From: Octopus sinensis
Taxonomy: Eukaryota
Length of the DNA stretch: 64,000 bases
NCBI RefSeq assembly: GCF_006345805.1
Contig: NC_043018.1
Location: forward strand, 16,678,001-16,742,000
Direction of reading: 5' to 3'
Shown here: positions 1 through 11,560 of the stretch, piece by piece
Position numbering within the stretch: the stretch's first letter is position 1
Layout: the number at the start of each line of letters is the position of its first letter
Made by a program: the position numbers and the translations under genes
The notes under the pieces: generated by a model
Database searches by the model: none
What the model was told of the DNA's origin: nothing
Seen by the model: the letters and a program-made list of their open reading frames with translations, nothing else

Positions 1-779
1 GTGTTCTTCTCTTCGACTTTTATTACATTATTTTTGTGTCGATAAATATTATAAACCAACAAAAATTTATTCATTTACTAAATAACACGCTCTGGAAGAA
101 TTCAGCTGTATCCAAAACAATTTCATAGATTCTATTTTCTACAGCTGGGTAACATGTCAAATGATCAAAAATATTGTCAGTCACACAAGTAATTTGACTT
201 TTTGATCTGGCATCAATATCAACCGTCTCAGAAAACACCCCTTTCTTTCTTCCTTTTCTTTTCTCCATTTCTAACTAAGCCTCTCAAAACTCACCCCACC
301 CACACACATATAAATACCTATATTCGCACGCATATAGATTCAAAATAATGAAGAACATCGCAACTAGTCCCAAAAGAGTCTCTACCCAGTTCAACACCAG
401 ATTTTTTCAACTATTTCTTATATACATACATATATATATATATTTATATTATATAGAGGGTACTATTATTCATAGGTACCGCACGCTAGGAGGGACTCTT
501 GCAGTCAAAACTACTAAATAAACAATTGTACCGAATGCAAAACTTCAAAGCAAGTCATTAAAAACAGAATTTAGTTACATATCACCTGTGATTTCGCAAT
601 CAATGCAGAATATGCATTCTATGCTCTTCAGTGCAACGAACTCAAGACATGTAAGGAAAAAACACAATATAGCATACCCGACAGCCAACCGTAAAATTCG
701 TCGTAGCATGTACGAATGTTATCTTTACATATCTATGAAAATGGCGGGCTTATTCGCAATGCATTTCGGCAACAAATAT

Positions 780-836
<57 letters not shown>

Positions 837-959
837 TGGACTCTCCTGGCGTTAGACGACGCATGAGGGATCGGCAATTTCTTATCGAAAAACCATACAG
901 ATTATTTGTTTATAGTGATCAAATGTTTGTGTACATATAAGCTAGTTCCCTCCATCAGA

Positions 960-1137
960 TCGACATTACCTGTACAGGTGCACCATGTGCCACATTTCAG
1001 GTGACGAAATGATCGTAGAGCAACGCGAAATGAAGTGCTTTGCTCGAGAACCCAACGCAACACCCGATCTGGGAATCGAACACAAGATCTCGCAATCGTG
1101 AGTACAACACTCTAACCATGAAGCTATGCGCCTTCAC
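960..1137 (-). mobile_element. Degenerate tRNA-derived SINE (5' part)
   Basis: Minus strand reads GAAGGCGCATAGCTTCATGGTTAGAGTG...GTGTTCGATTCCCAGA (A-box-like and B-box GTTCGATTCC), followed by a SINE body. Confidence 0.7.
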
Positions 1138-1222
1138 ACACACACAGACACATACACACAAACACGCACACACATATATGTGTATGTATGCATGTATTTT
1201 CCTCTCTCTTCTCTCTCTCTCC

Positions 1223-1710
1223 TCCCCCAAAATATATTCACACTTTAAATAATTGTAAAATAGGTGTTTATTAAAATACATTTCATTTTCAAAATTTAAT
1301 AGAATCTTCAGATATTATTTTATTATTTTGTCAACGCCTGTTTTCAAACTAACGTCCGTTCTGGTCCAGGCACTGCTGACAACGCGAAACAATGGAATCG
1401 CAAGCATCTCGAAACAATTCGTTTGGTATTTGTGTACATTCTCATTCAATGGCTGCTCTCAAATCAGTGACTGTTGCAGGCTTCATAGCGTATACTCTGT
1501 GTTTTAGGTATCCCCATAAGAAAGTCTAGAGGTGTGAGATCTGGTGAACGCGGAGGGTATACGACAAAACCTCTTCGTCCAATCCACCGGTTTGGCAAGA
1601 TCTCATCAAGGAGAGATCTAACATCGCGATGGTATTGTGGAGGTGCCCCGTCTTGTTGAAAATAAAAATCTTCATTTTCAAAGTCTTCTCTAATGATCGA
1701 TAAAATAAAG
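1223..1710 (-). mobile_element. Tc1/mariner DD41D (rosa/Visitor-type) transposase 3' fragment plus terminal region
   Basis: ORF 1464-1760(-) contains FQQDGAPP...RWIGRRG...PPRSPDLTPLDF with 41 residues between the 2nd and 3rd catalytic Asp; the reading degenerates after LDF; 1223-1340 matches the terminal fragment at 7035-7157. Confidence 0.85.
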
Positions 1711-2044
1711 AAAAACAGTGAAGCAGTGCAGTTGCTGTAATCGACTGCGCTTTTCCCCAAATCCAGTGCCTCAGAACCATCACAAAAACTTCTATATTTC
1801 TCAACTGTTTCAACAAAACAACAGAATCGGAGGGTCTTTGTTTATAATACCAAGTTAAGCCTATAAACAATGTAGTAGCGATAACATCCAATATGGCATA
1901 CAATATCTGCAAACGAGTTCTAGGACCTGGTTTCAATTCCCGATTGAAACAAATCCCTCTTAGTTCTACTATAAATGACCTTTAAAAACTTATAAACATC
2001 AAACTTCCCAGAATCGGGTTTCATTCATTATGCGAGCAGGACAA

Positions 2045-2630
2045 GGTGGTGGGCTGGCAGAATCGTTAGCACGCCGAGCGAAATGCCTAGCGGTATTTCG
2101 TCTGCCGCTACGTTCTGAGTTAAAATTCCGCCGAGGTCGACTTTGCCTTTCATCCTTTCGGGGTCGATTAAATAAGTACCAGTAACGCACTGGATCGATA
2201 TAATCGACTTAAGCCGGTTGTCTGTCCTTGTTTGTCCTCTCTGTGTTTATCTCCTTGTGAGTAGTAAAGAAATAGCTATTTCGTCTGCCGTGACGTTCTG
2301 AGTTCAAATTCCGCCGAGATCGACTTTGCCTTTTATCCATTCGGGCTCGATTAAATATGTACCAGTTACGCACTGGGGTCGATATAATCGACTTAATCCG
2401 TGTGTCTGTCCTTGTTTGTCCTCTCTGTGTTTAGCCCCTTGTGGATAGTAAAGAAATAGGTATTTCGTCTGCCGTGACGTTCTCAGTTCAAATTCCGCCG
2501 AGGTCGACTTCGCTTTTCATCCTTTCGGAGTTGATAAATTAAGTACCAGTTGCATACTGGGATCAATCTAATCGACTGGCCCCCCTTCCCAAAGATTTCG
2601 GGCCTTGCGCCTAGAGTAGAAAAGGATTAT
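2045..2630 (+). mobile_element. SINE family A, tandem trimer (tRNA-like head plus three ~184-bp body units)
   Basis: Head GGGCTGGCAGAATCGTTAG...; body unit TATTTCGTCTGCCG...GAGTTCAAATTCCGCCGAGGTCGACTTTGCCTTTCATCC starts at 2094, 2277 and 2461; same body at 35797, 41370, 51506, 62498. Confidence 0.85.
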
Positions 2631-2894
2631 GCATGCAGGACTTTGAAGCTGTTATGAAAACAACATAATTCCAGCCAACCGACCAGCCACCCCTGCCAAC
2701 CCACAAAGAAAGTCGAGGACAGCATTTTCTATCCTATGCTACACCCACCACTATATATAAAGTTATGTGAAGGCTATTTTCTGATTGCTATCTCATTAAT
2801 TAAATAAATACTTGGTTAATTAAAGTTGGCAAGTCACCCCGTTTTAGTTTATCTCTAAATCAACTTTGTTCTTAACGTTGGTTCACTACCAGCA

Positions 2895-2895
2895 T

Positions 2896-2932
<37 letters not shown>

Positions 2933-2970
2933 GCAACAACTACTACTACTACCACTACTACTACTACTAG

Positions 2971-3030
<60 letters not shown>

Positions 3031-3059
3031 CACTACCACTACCACTACCACTACCACTA

Positions 3060-3092
<33 letters not shown>

Positions 3093-3128
3093 GTACCACT
3101 ACTACTACTACTACTACTACCACTACTA

Positions 3129-3171
<43 letters not shown>
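2895..3171. repeat. (ACT)n/(ACC)n trinucleotide microsatellite
   Basis: Direct reading; produces the poly-Ser and poly-Val ORFs. Confidence 0.95.
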
Positions 3172-3473
3172 AGTTGTTATTGGTGAATTTCATTGATACT
3201 TCACACCGTAGTTTTTTAACTCCCTTCCCCTCCGCCCTCGCTACTCAACGTCTTACCGTTTGTTTCTTTTCTTCTTTCTCTTCCAACTCTCCCCTCATCA
3301 CGTTATCTCCTACGTTCTCCTTTTCCGTTTCTCTCGCCCTCTCTTTCTCACCCTCTTACTCTTTCTATTCCACTCTATAAGTCTCTCTCTCTCCTCTCTC
3401 TCTCTCTCTGTCTCTCTCTTTTTCAGCACGTTTTCAAACACATCTCCCCCGATATCTCAATCCTAGCTCTCTC

Positions 3474-3559
<86 letters not shown>

Positions 3560-3955
3560 ATTGTTACAAGATTTTAATGAAAAGCTAGGATTGAGATATT
3601 GGGGGAAATGTGTTTGAAAATGTGCTGAAAGAGAGAGAGAGAGAGGAGAGAGAAAGGGGAGAAGGGAGAGAGAGAGCGGCGGAGGTGGAAAAGAAAAAAA
3701 AACATTAGGGAGTTAATTATGGGAGAAAAGGAAGAATAATTGCGTTGGTCGAAGGAAACTGCGAAGAGGAAGGTGTAAAACTATGGTCGGGTGGTTTGGA
3801 AGTTCTTTTGCCAATCATTTGGTTTTTAGTCCAATGCCAGCGCACGGCAGTTTTGGACAAGTGTATCCTACTGGAACTCGGGCCAACTGATACTTTGTGA
3901 GTGAATTTGCTAGACGGAAACTGTGCAGAAGCAGCTCCTCATATATGTACGTATG

Positions 3956-4010
<55 letters not shown>

Positions 4011-4385
4011 TATATATATACATATTTATATATATTTATAAATTTTGATATATCCTCTATATGTATGTATGTAAGATACATGATATTGCTTGCATCCGTT
4101 TGTCATTGTTCCTCTTCACTTAACAGCCACGCTGGTTTATTTCCGTTTCAGTACCCAGCGCTTCGCGGAAAATGATCGATAGAATAAGAGTCAGCCTCAA
4201 AATGAAAACTGGAGACGATTTGACTGACTTCAAGTCGGGGATAGTGCCCTACCACACACACATGCACACACATGCACATACACACACATAGCACACACAT
4301 GCACACACATACTGACACACATATATATATGTATATATATATGTGTGTGTGTATGTGCGTGTGTGTATGTGTATTTGTGTGTGAC

Positions 4386-4416
<31 letters not shown>

Positions 4417-4918
4417 AAGAGAGAGAGAGTCAGAGACAGTGAAAGAGAGAAAGCTAGGGGTTTTGAAGGATAGGTGAATCGATCACATCGTCCCTAGTAC
4501 TTGATTTATACTTTATCTTATCAAGCCCCGAAGTACGAAACACGAAGATACCTTCGGGCTGATTTGAACTTAGAACGTAAACATTCAAAAGAAATGAAGT
4601 TTCTGCGATGCTCTAACGATTCTACCAATCCGACTTTCTAAGAGTAAAGAAAGAAGGGGAGAACTTGAGAGAGAGAGAGAGAGAAAGAGAGAGGAAGAGA
4701 GTGAAGGAAAGTGAGAGACAGAAAAGGCAGATGTAAAGAGAAAATGCATTGGAGAGGAATAAAAAAATGTGTGTGTGTGTCTGTGTTAGCAAAATCAAAG
4801 GATACAGAGAGAGGGTGAAGGGAGAGAGGAAAGAGAGATGTGTAACGAAGAGAGAAAGAACAAAGGAAAACAGTAAGTCAACTAGTGAACCGTATCCAGA
4901 TATAGAAGTGCCCAGCAC

Positions 4919-4955
4919 TAATAATAATAACAATAATAATAATAATAATAATATT

Positions 4956-5030
<75 letters not shown>

Positions 5031-5054
5031 TATAATATATTTATTATTAATATT

Positions 5055-5095
<41 letters not shown>

Positions 5096-5138
5096 TATTA
5101 TTATCATTATTATTATTATTATTATTATTATTTATTAT
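4919..5138. repeat. Compound (AAT)n/(ATC)n/(ATT)n microsatellite
   Basis: Direct reading. Confidence 0.95.
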
Positions 5139-5260
5139 TGATAACAACAACAGCACCAGCAACTTCAACAACGATGGAAACAATTGTTTTAAAGAAACGG
5201 TCTGATGCAGCGCAGTCGTCGTCGCTGCAGCGAATTGTATTTACGTGATAATTCAGGTGT

Positions 5261-5274
5261 GTTGCCATGGTTAC
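5261..5274. promoter_or_regulatory. Candidate RFX X-box
   Basis: GTTGCCATGGTTAC (reverse GTAACC-AT-GGCAAC) fits GTHNYY-AT-RRNAAC; lies in a ~150-bp CpG-rich unique segment between microsatellites. Confidence 0.45.
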
Positions 5275-5384
5275 CGTAATCACCAGCGAGAAGTAAAACA
5301 AAACTATACTCGTGGAAAAAGAACAGAAACAAAAAAAAAATCAAATGTATAGAAAAGCAACAAAGAAACAAAAAAAAAACAAAA

Positions 5385-5594
5385 TACACACACACACATA
5401 CACACACGCACACACGCATACACACACATACACACACGCACAGACACACACATACACACACATACACACACATACACATACACGCATACACACACATACA
5501 CACACGCACATACACACACACATACACACACATACACACACATACACACACGCACACACGCACATACACACACATACACACACGCACACACACG

Positions 5595-5626
<32 letters not shown>

Positions 5627-5799
5627 CAGAGACACACACATACACACACATACATACATACACATACACACACATACACACACACGCATACACACACATA
5701 CACACACGCACACACATACATACAGACACATACACATACACACACACGCATACACACACACACATACACACACATACACACACATACACACATGCACAC

Positions 5800-5830
<31 letters not shown>
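5385..5830. repeat. Degenerate (CA)n/(CATA)n/(CACG)n tract
   Basis: Direct reading. Confidence 0.95.
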
Positions 5831-6269
5831 TAGAAATAGACAGACGCGCGCGCACACGCATCAAATAGTAAAAAAAAAAAGCTAAACGGATTCTACAAAT
5901 TAAGATAAATTCGAGCTCGATTTTTGTTTCATCTTTCCATTGTAGTTTAGATATATATTTGCGATAATGTACGTGTATGTGTGTGTGTGTGTGTGAGGGT
6001 GTATAATACATACTTACATGCACGCCTGCGCACACTCATACGCGCACACACACACTTTAACACACACGCACTGACACAGATATATTACCGCTGCTGAAAA
6101 CAGATTTATTCGGTATCTAATTATCATTTGATAGGCGTGCTCGCATTAACGGCATGTAAACCTCATTTGAGATAACCCAAAATATGCGAACATCTCTGTA
6201 CATACAGAGTGTGTCTAAATACAGGATGTATAAACGGAATCATGAAATGGCTCCTAATTGTTTGATATA

Positions 6270-6663
6270 TCTTTATATATAAAAGAGTGGTTGTGTGCTG
6301 TCTGTCTCCTACGATTTAGATTCCTAACTACTCTCACATTTTGCGGTGCAGTTTAACCAAAAGCGGGTATCTTATAGTCGTGATTCATATCGAGCCCTTC
6401 TGGGTATTAGCGCGCGTCTACGATGAGTCTACGATTTAAAAAAATATTACCATCAATTTTTCCCATTTTAATGCATTTTTGGCATATATAAGGGAAGTAA
6501 CTCTCTAAAAATTTATTATTAAATCTCAGAACGTAAAAAGCTACAGTAACACACCCCCTTTGTGGTTAGCCATATTGAGATGGCTATTATACTTTACATC
6601 TCTAAAAATGCTTATATAGTTATTTCCCTTACAAACCCGAGCAACACCGGGTGATACTGCTCG
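6270..6663 (+). mobile_element. Non-autonomous Helitron, long form
   Basis: Starts A|TCTTTATATATAAAAG; ends with subterminal CCCGAGCAACACCGGG and CTCG (mutated CTAG); homologous to 46836-47137. Confidence 0.85.
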
Positions 6664-7034
6664 CATTCGATATATTTATTGTTTGAAAGAAATTATATGT
6701 GAAATTGGCTGAAATATTATACGTCAGAGAGGCGTTCTGCTAACGAAAGATAAATATTACAAAAAAATTTACAGTTGCACAGATGTAATGATGATTCGGA
6801 AAACTTTGATCAACAGAGATTGTCTGGGTAAAAATATTCCTGCAATTAATATAATCGAAACATCTGTACAATACAGAAATACTGTGTTAAAAGGCACCAA
6901 AAGTTTGATGATCGATCTGTTACATTTATCTCTCTTGTTTGTTGTTGCTTTGTCTTGGAATCTGCCTGAGTAAGCTGATGTATGTATGTATGTATGTATG
7001 TATGTATGTATGTATGTATGTGTATTTATATATA

Positions 7035-7157
7035 CAGGTTGTCCCCCAAAATGTATACACACTTTAAATAATTGTGAAGAAGGTGTTTATTAAAATACAT
7101 TTCATTTTCAAAATTTAATAGAATTTACAGACATTATTTTCTTGTTTTGTCAACGCC
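7035..7157 (-). mobile_element. Terminal (TIR-containing) fragment of the DD41D Tc1/mariner element
   Basis: TA|CAGGTTGTCCCCCAAAATGTATACACACTTT, with a TA target; ~120 bp matches 1223-1340 downstream of the transposase. Confidence 0.75.
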
Positions 7158-7279
7158 TTTTCTTGTTTTGTCAATGCTTAGAATCTGCATGAGAAGAGAG
7201 AGAGGGAGAAGAGAAAGAAGAGAGAGAAGGAGAAGAGAGAGGAAAAGAGTGGTTGAGATACACGCAATCATAGGATGAT

Positions 7280-7311
<32 letters not shown>

Positions 7312-9570
7312 GGTCAGCGATAAACTTTGTAACAGATTTAAAACCTCAATACGTTTGTGTGTCTTAAATATATTCTTGAAGACGCATCTTCCTCATATCT
7401 CTTGTTATGTCTGTCGTTCTGTAGCTGTATATCTACTTTTCTGTCTAGTTGGTTCTTTATATAACTGCTTGTGGTCACGACCATCATGCAATCTCTGATG
7501 TCCCATCGGACCAAAACAAGATATCTATTCTAACGAAGTCAATATTTCTAATAAGACATTAACTCTCCGACTTTGCTCTTTGTACCCTTCGTTCTAAATG
7601 GTCAAATCTTGCTGCTTTGAACTGGTAACTGGTAATCTTGTGTGTCATTAGTATGTAATTCGTGTATTCAAGTGACAGATATGAGATCGGGGCGTAGCAT
7701 AACGATGTTACAGACAACTAACATTGCATGTCTATAGATTATATTTGTAGCTGTTCAATGAGAAGCAAACAACATAATCCTTTTATGCCTATAAATTTCA
7801 TCTTTTTTATTCACTGCCTAATGGCTCTGTAATCATTTCATTCCATCTCTCACTCTCTAATTCACTCTTTCTTCGTATCCTTTTCTGTGTTCTTCGGGAT
7901 TTTTTGCAATGTTTACAAATGTTATAGTGTTTTCTACGATGTTTAAGCTTATATTTACTTCCTTCACGATTTCTTTGTTTACTGTTTTACCATTTAAACC
8001 AATCATTAGATATCAAATATCAGCTTAATTTAATTAAGTCCCATAAGATTAATCTATCTAAAAGCTTTTGTTACTGAAACTGACCAGGCTGAGTTTGTTC
8101 GCATGCAAGAACTTACTTCTGATGTAAGGATTCAGTGACAATACGGACCTTAAACTATATAAGTCGATAAATATTTACATTTATCTGTATAACAGTAGAC
8201 AACAATATTATTTCTTCTTTAACTATAAGCTTGAAAGTTGAATCAAGGGAGAGGAGGAAATCTCCAAGCGGTTTAAATGCACAAAACCTTGATATCCATG
8301 TGGCTAAAACGTATCAATATAAACACACATGGATGCAGCCACATTACAATGAAAGACGTTAAGGGCTGAAACACTTGCCTGGGTGGGGTTTCTTCTCTGA
8401 AGACCTTCTTCTGTTCAGCTCTCTTGAAAGCTTATACTGTAGATAACAAACTCTGTGGATTGTCGGATATCTGCCCTCAAATAAGCACCTACCGTCTTAA
8501 AAGAGGAATGGATACATATACACTTAAAGAGTGAAGATGATCACCACCGGAATGCATCTGATGATAAGCTTTTCTCGAACAGAACCAACATGGAACCAAA
8601 CAACAATACTATGTTGTTTAGAATGCTTAAACTAAGCGGTGTTTAGTTTCGAGTTTCAGACTCTGTTTGAGTCAAATGTGCTTTTCATATTTTGTCGGTA
8701 AAATACAGACACAGGAATCTACTCTTCTAAACGAACCTACGGTTAAACATTCATACCTTGAGCAAGAGATCAACAACAGCTAACGAAAGGGAGGCAAGCA
8801 GTTTTGACTTTGACAATAAGTATTCACTTGTTTGATCAACGAAGCTAGATTGTCTCGAAAGTAACATGGAGATGGCCGAGTGCTCCACAGACACGTGTAC
8901 CCTTAGCGTAATTTCCAGATCTCTTATTACCATAAAAGGAGCAAAAATATCTAAAAGGTGTACCATTCTTATCGGCCATAGTAACATGGGTGTATTTGCT
9001 TTGATGTAGAATCGAAACGGTCTTGCAGAATCATTAACCATTCTCAGTCTTTGGAGACAATTATAATTATTCATCATGGTATGGACATTGCTCATTAGTT
9101 TATAATGAAAACAAACATAGTACACAAACGCTCACATAGATATACATACATATATATGTAAGTATATATATATATATATATATTCCAATATATATATAGA
9201 ATATTATATATATATATATGTATGGATATATATATGTAAATATAGATATACATATATATATAAATATAAATATAAATAATATATATATATATATATATAT
9301 ATAAAGGTATGTATGTATGTATAATCAATAGCTAAGTAGATAACTAGATTGACTGATGAAATAGTAAACACCAGCGATATATAGGTTTCGTGCCCTGAAG
9401 TATGTTATCGGAAAAAAAAAGATCGAATTACATGAACTTGAGCCAGATTTTGGTATAGATCGGTGCCAAGTTAAGAGGACAGTTTTCTATTTCTATAATG
9501 GAGCTGATTCCCATGTTTATCTCTCTTCTCTTATTCTATTGTAGTTTTATTAATTCTCTTTGTTTAACAC

Positions 9571-9578
9571 CTCTCTCA

Positions 9579-9626
<48 letters not shown>

Positions 9627-9639
9627 CCCACTCTCTTTC

Positions 9640-9670
<31 letters not shown>

Positions 9671-9732
9671 CCCACTCTCTTTCTCTCTCTTTCTTTCTTT
9701 TCTTTCTTTCTCCCACTCTCTTCTGTTGTGAC

Positions 9733-9767
<35 letters not shown>

Positions 9768-9780
9768 CCCACTCTCTTTC

Positions 9781-9811
<31 letters not shown>

Positions 9812-9854
9812 GTGTCTTACTCCCACTCTCTTCCGTTGTGACTCTCTTTCTCCT

Positions 9855-9889
<35 letters not shown>

Positions 9890-9925
9890 CCCACTCTCTT
9901 CCGTTGTGACTCTTTTCTTTCTTTT
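9571..9925. repeat. Compound (TTTC)n repeat with recurring TCCCACTCTCT spacers
   Basis: Direct reading. Confidence 0.9.
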
Positions 9926-10090
9926 CATTCACTCACTCATCATATTTTTCTGTCTTTATCATGTTTCTCATCCAAATATATATATATCTATTAACTTATA
10001 CATATTGCTGTCCAACTTCTTATCTACTTTTTCGGTGTCTGGATTAATGTGTTGGTAAATCATGTCTTAATAGTCAAATGCACCCTCACT

Positions 10091-10122
<32 letters not shown>

Positions 10123-10559
10123 GCATACATACAAAGAGAGTGAGTGAGAGGGACAGGGACAGACAGACAGACAGACAGACAGATAGATAATTGAAAAAAA
10201 TACATTGAAAATTGCTGATGGGGAAATAAGATGTCAATTGGATGAATAGCAAGATGAAGATAAGATATTGTATTATCTTACATAGTGTGATTAATGATTC
10301 CCAAATATTTTTGTGGAAAACGATCCATTTTCAAATAGAATAAATCAAGCAATCCGTTGAAATTTGTTAATCTTAGCAAATCTAACACTACCGCCACCGC
10401 CACCTCCATCCTCGTCATGCAACGTCAGAAAGTTCAACACCACCACCACCACCACCGACATCAACCACAGTACCAACACTAAATCACGTCCATTACTCTG
10501 CTAATAATGTCATTGCAAACCGACCGCGCACACATACACATCGCCGGCATCATACACGT

Positions 10560-10605
<46 letters not shown>

Positions 10606-10626
10606 ACATACACTCATATAAGTATG

Positions 10627-10657
<31 letters not shown>

Positions 10658-10667
10658 GTATACATAT

Positions 10668-10979
10668 ATCACCGTCACCGTCACCGACCAGGCTATCAGA
10701 TGTTGCTACACATCGCTGGTCACAATGCGCTTCGCATTGTTTTAGCTTTCAAATGACGCCACCCCGCTTGGCTAAGCGAGCAGGCCAACAGAAGAAAGAG
10801 TGAGAGAGAGAGAGTTGTGGGGAAAGGGTACAGCAGGGATCGCCACCACCCCCTGCCGGAGCGTCGTGGAACTTTTAGGTGTTGTCGCTCAATAAACACT
10901 CACAACGCTCTGTCTGGGAACCGAAACCGCGATCCTACGACCGCGAGTCCGCTGCCCTAACCACTGTGCCATTGCTCCA
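10668..10979 (-). mobile_element. SINE family C head with an alternative 3' tail ending (CGGTGA)n
   Basis: 10800-10979 matches the family C head and body; 10668-10795 differs from the usual tail. Confidence 0.8.
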
Positions 10980-11094
10980 CCACACACACACACACACACA
11001 CACACCACCACACACACAAATATATATATATATATATTATATATATATATTATAATATATATATATATATATAATATATGTATATAGACATATA

Positions 11095-11560
11095 AGTTAA
11101 TCCAAACAAGAAAACACAGAAAAAAAACACAGCAACGCGAGGACGTGGAACAATTAAAGTATTATTTGAAGCTCAGGAAAGAAGGGAAGGAGGGTTTAAC
11201 GTTTCGAGCGGAGCTCTTCGTCGGAAACAAAGGAGAAGGAAAGATCCCGAGAAGGGAAGACAGAGGAAAAAAAATTTTGCTGGTGGTGCTCAAGAGATCA
11301 CATATGACAATTGTCCAAATAAAAGTTCCTCCCTGATTGAAGAGAATTATAATCGAGCCGTGAACATCCTTTGTCATATACTCAGGGAGTGTATGATTTA
11401 AGGGATGTGTGACTGTTATTTCCAGCGGGTCAATCACCGATCGCCTAAAAGCTTTCTCTGTGTGTCAGGCGTTTGTTGCGTGGTTAGATCGCTACACAGA
11501 TGACAATTTGTACCAAGCAACGCACAGGAAACCTTCATAAAGATCTAAATGTCCGCAAGT
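11095..11560 (-). mobile_element. Penelope-like element (PLE) end fragment carrying a hammerhead motif
   Basis: Abuts (TA)n; 11095-11258 is near-identical to 36971-37145; contains the motif at 11194-11228; inner boundary approximate. Confidence 0.55.
11194..11228 (-). ncRNA. Minimal type I hammerhead ribozyme motif (variant core)
   Basis: GTTT-CCGACGA-A-GAGC tcc GCTC-GAAAC-GTT-AAAC: stem I GTTT/AAAC, stem II GAGC/GCTC, palindromic ACGT stem III; core U4 replaced by C. Confidence 0.55.

Noticed and set aside
71-268. 65-aa ORF with ordinary composition
   Set aside because: No recognisable domain or splice context; stops follow immediately; could be a TE remnant but cannot be supported
5189-6035. 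Cys/Val- and His/Thr-rich ORFs here and at 12.7-14.6, 28.4-29.1, 31.7-33.7 and 59.9-60.3 kb
   Set aside because: Translations of (CA)n, (TACA)n and (TA)n microsatellites
7340-7790. Possible ancient RTE LINE remnant on the minus strand
   Set aside because: Only faint motif resemblance with many stops; too decayed to support by eye
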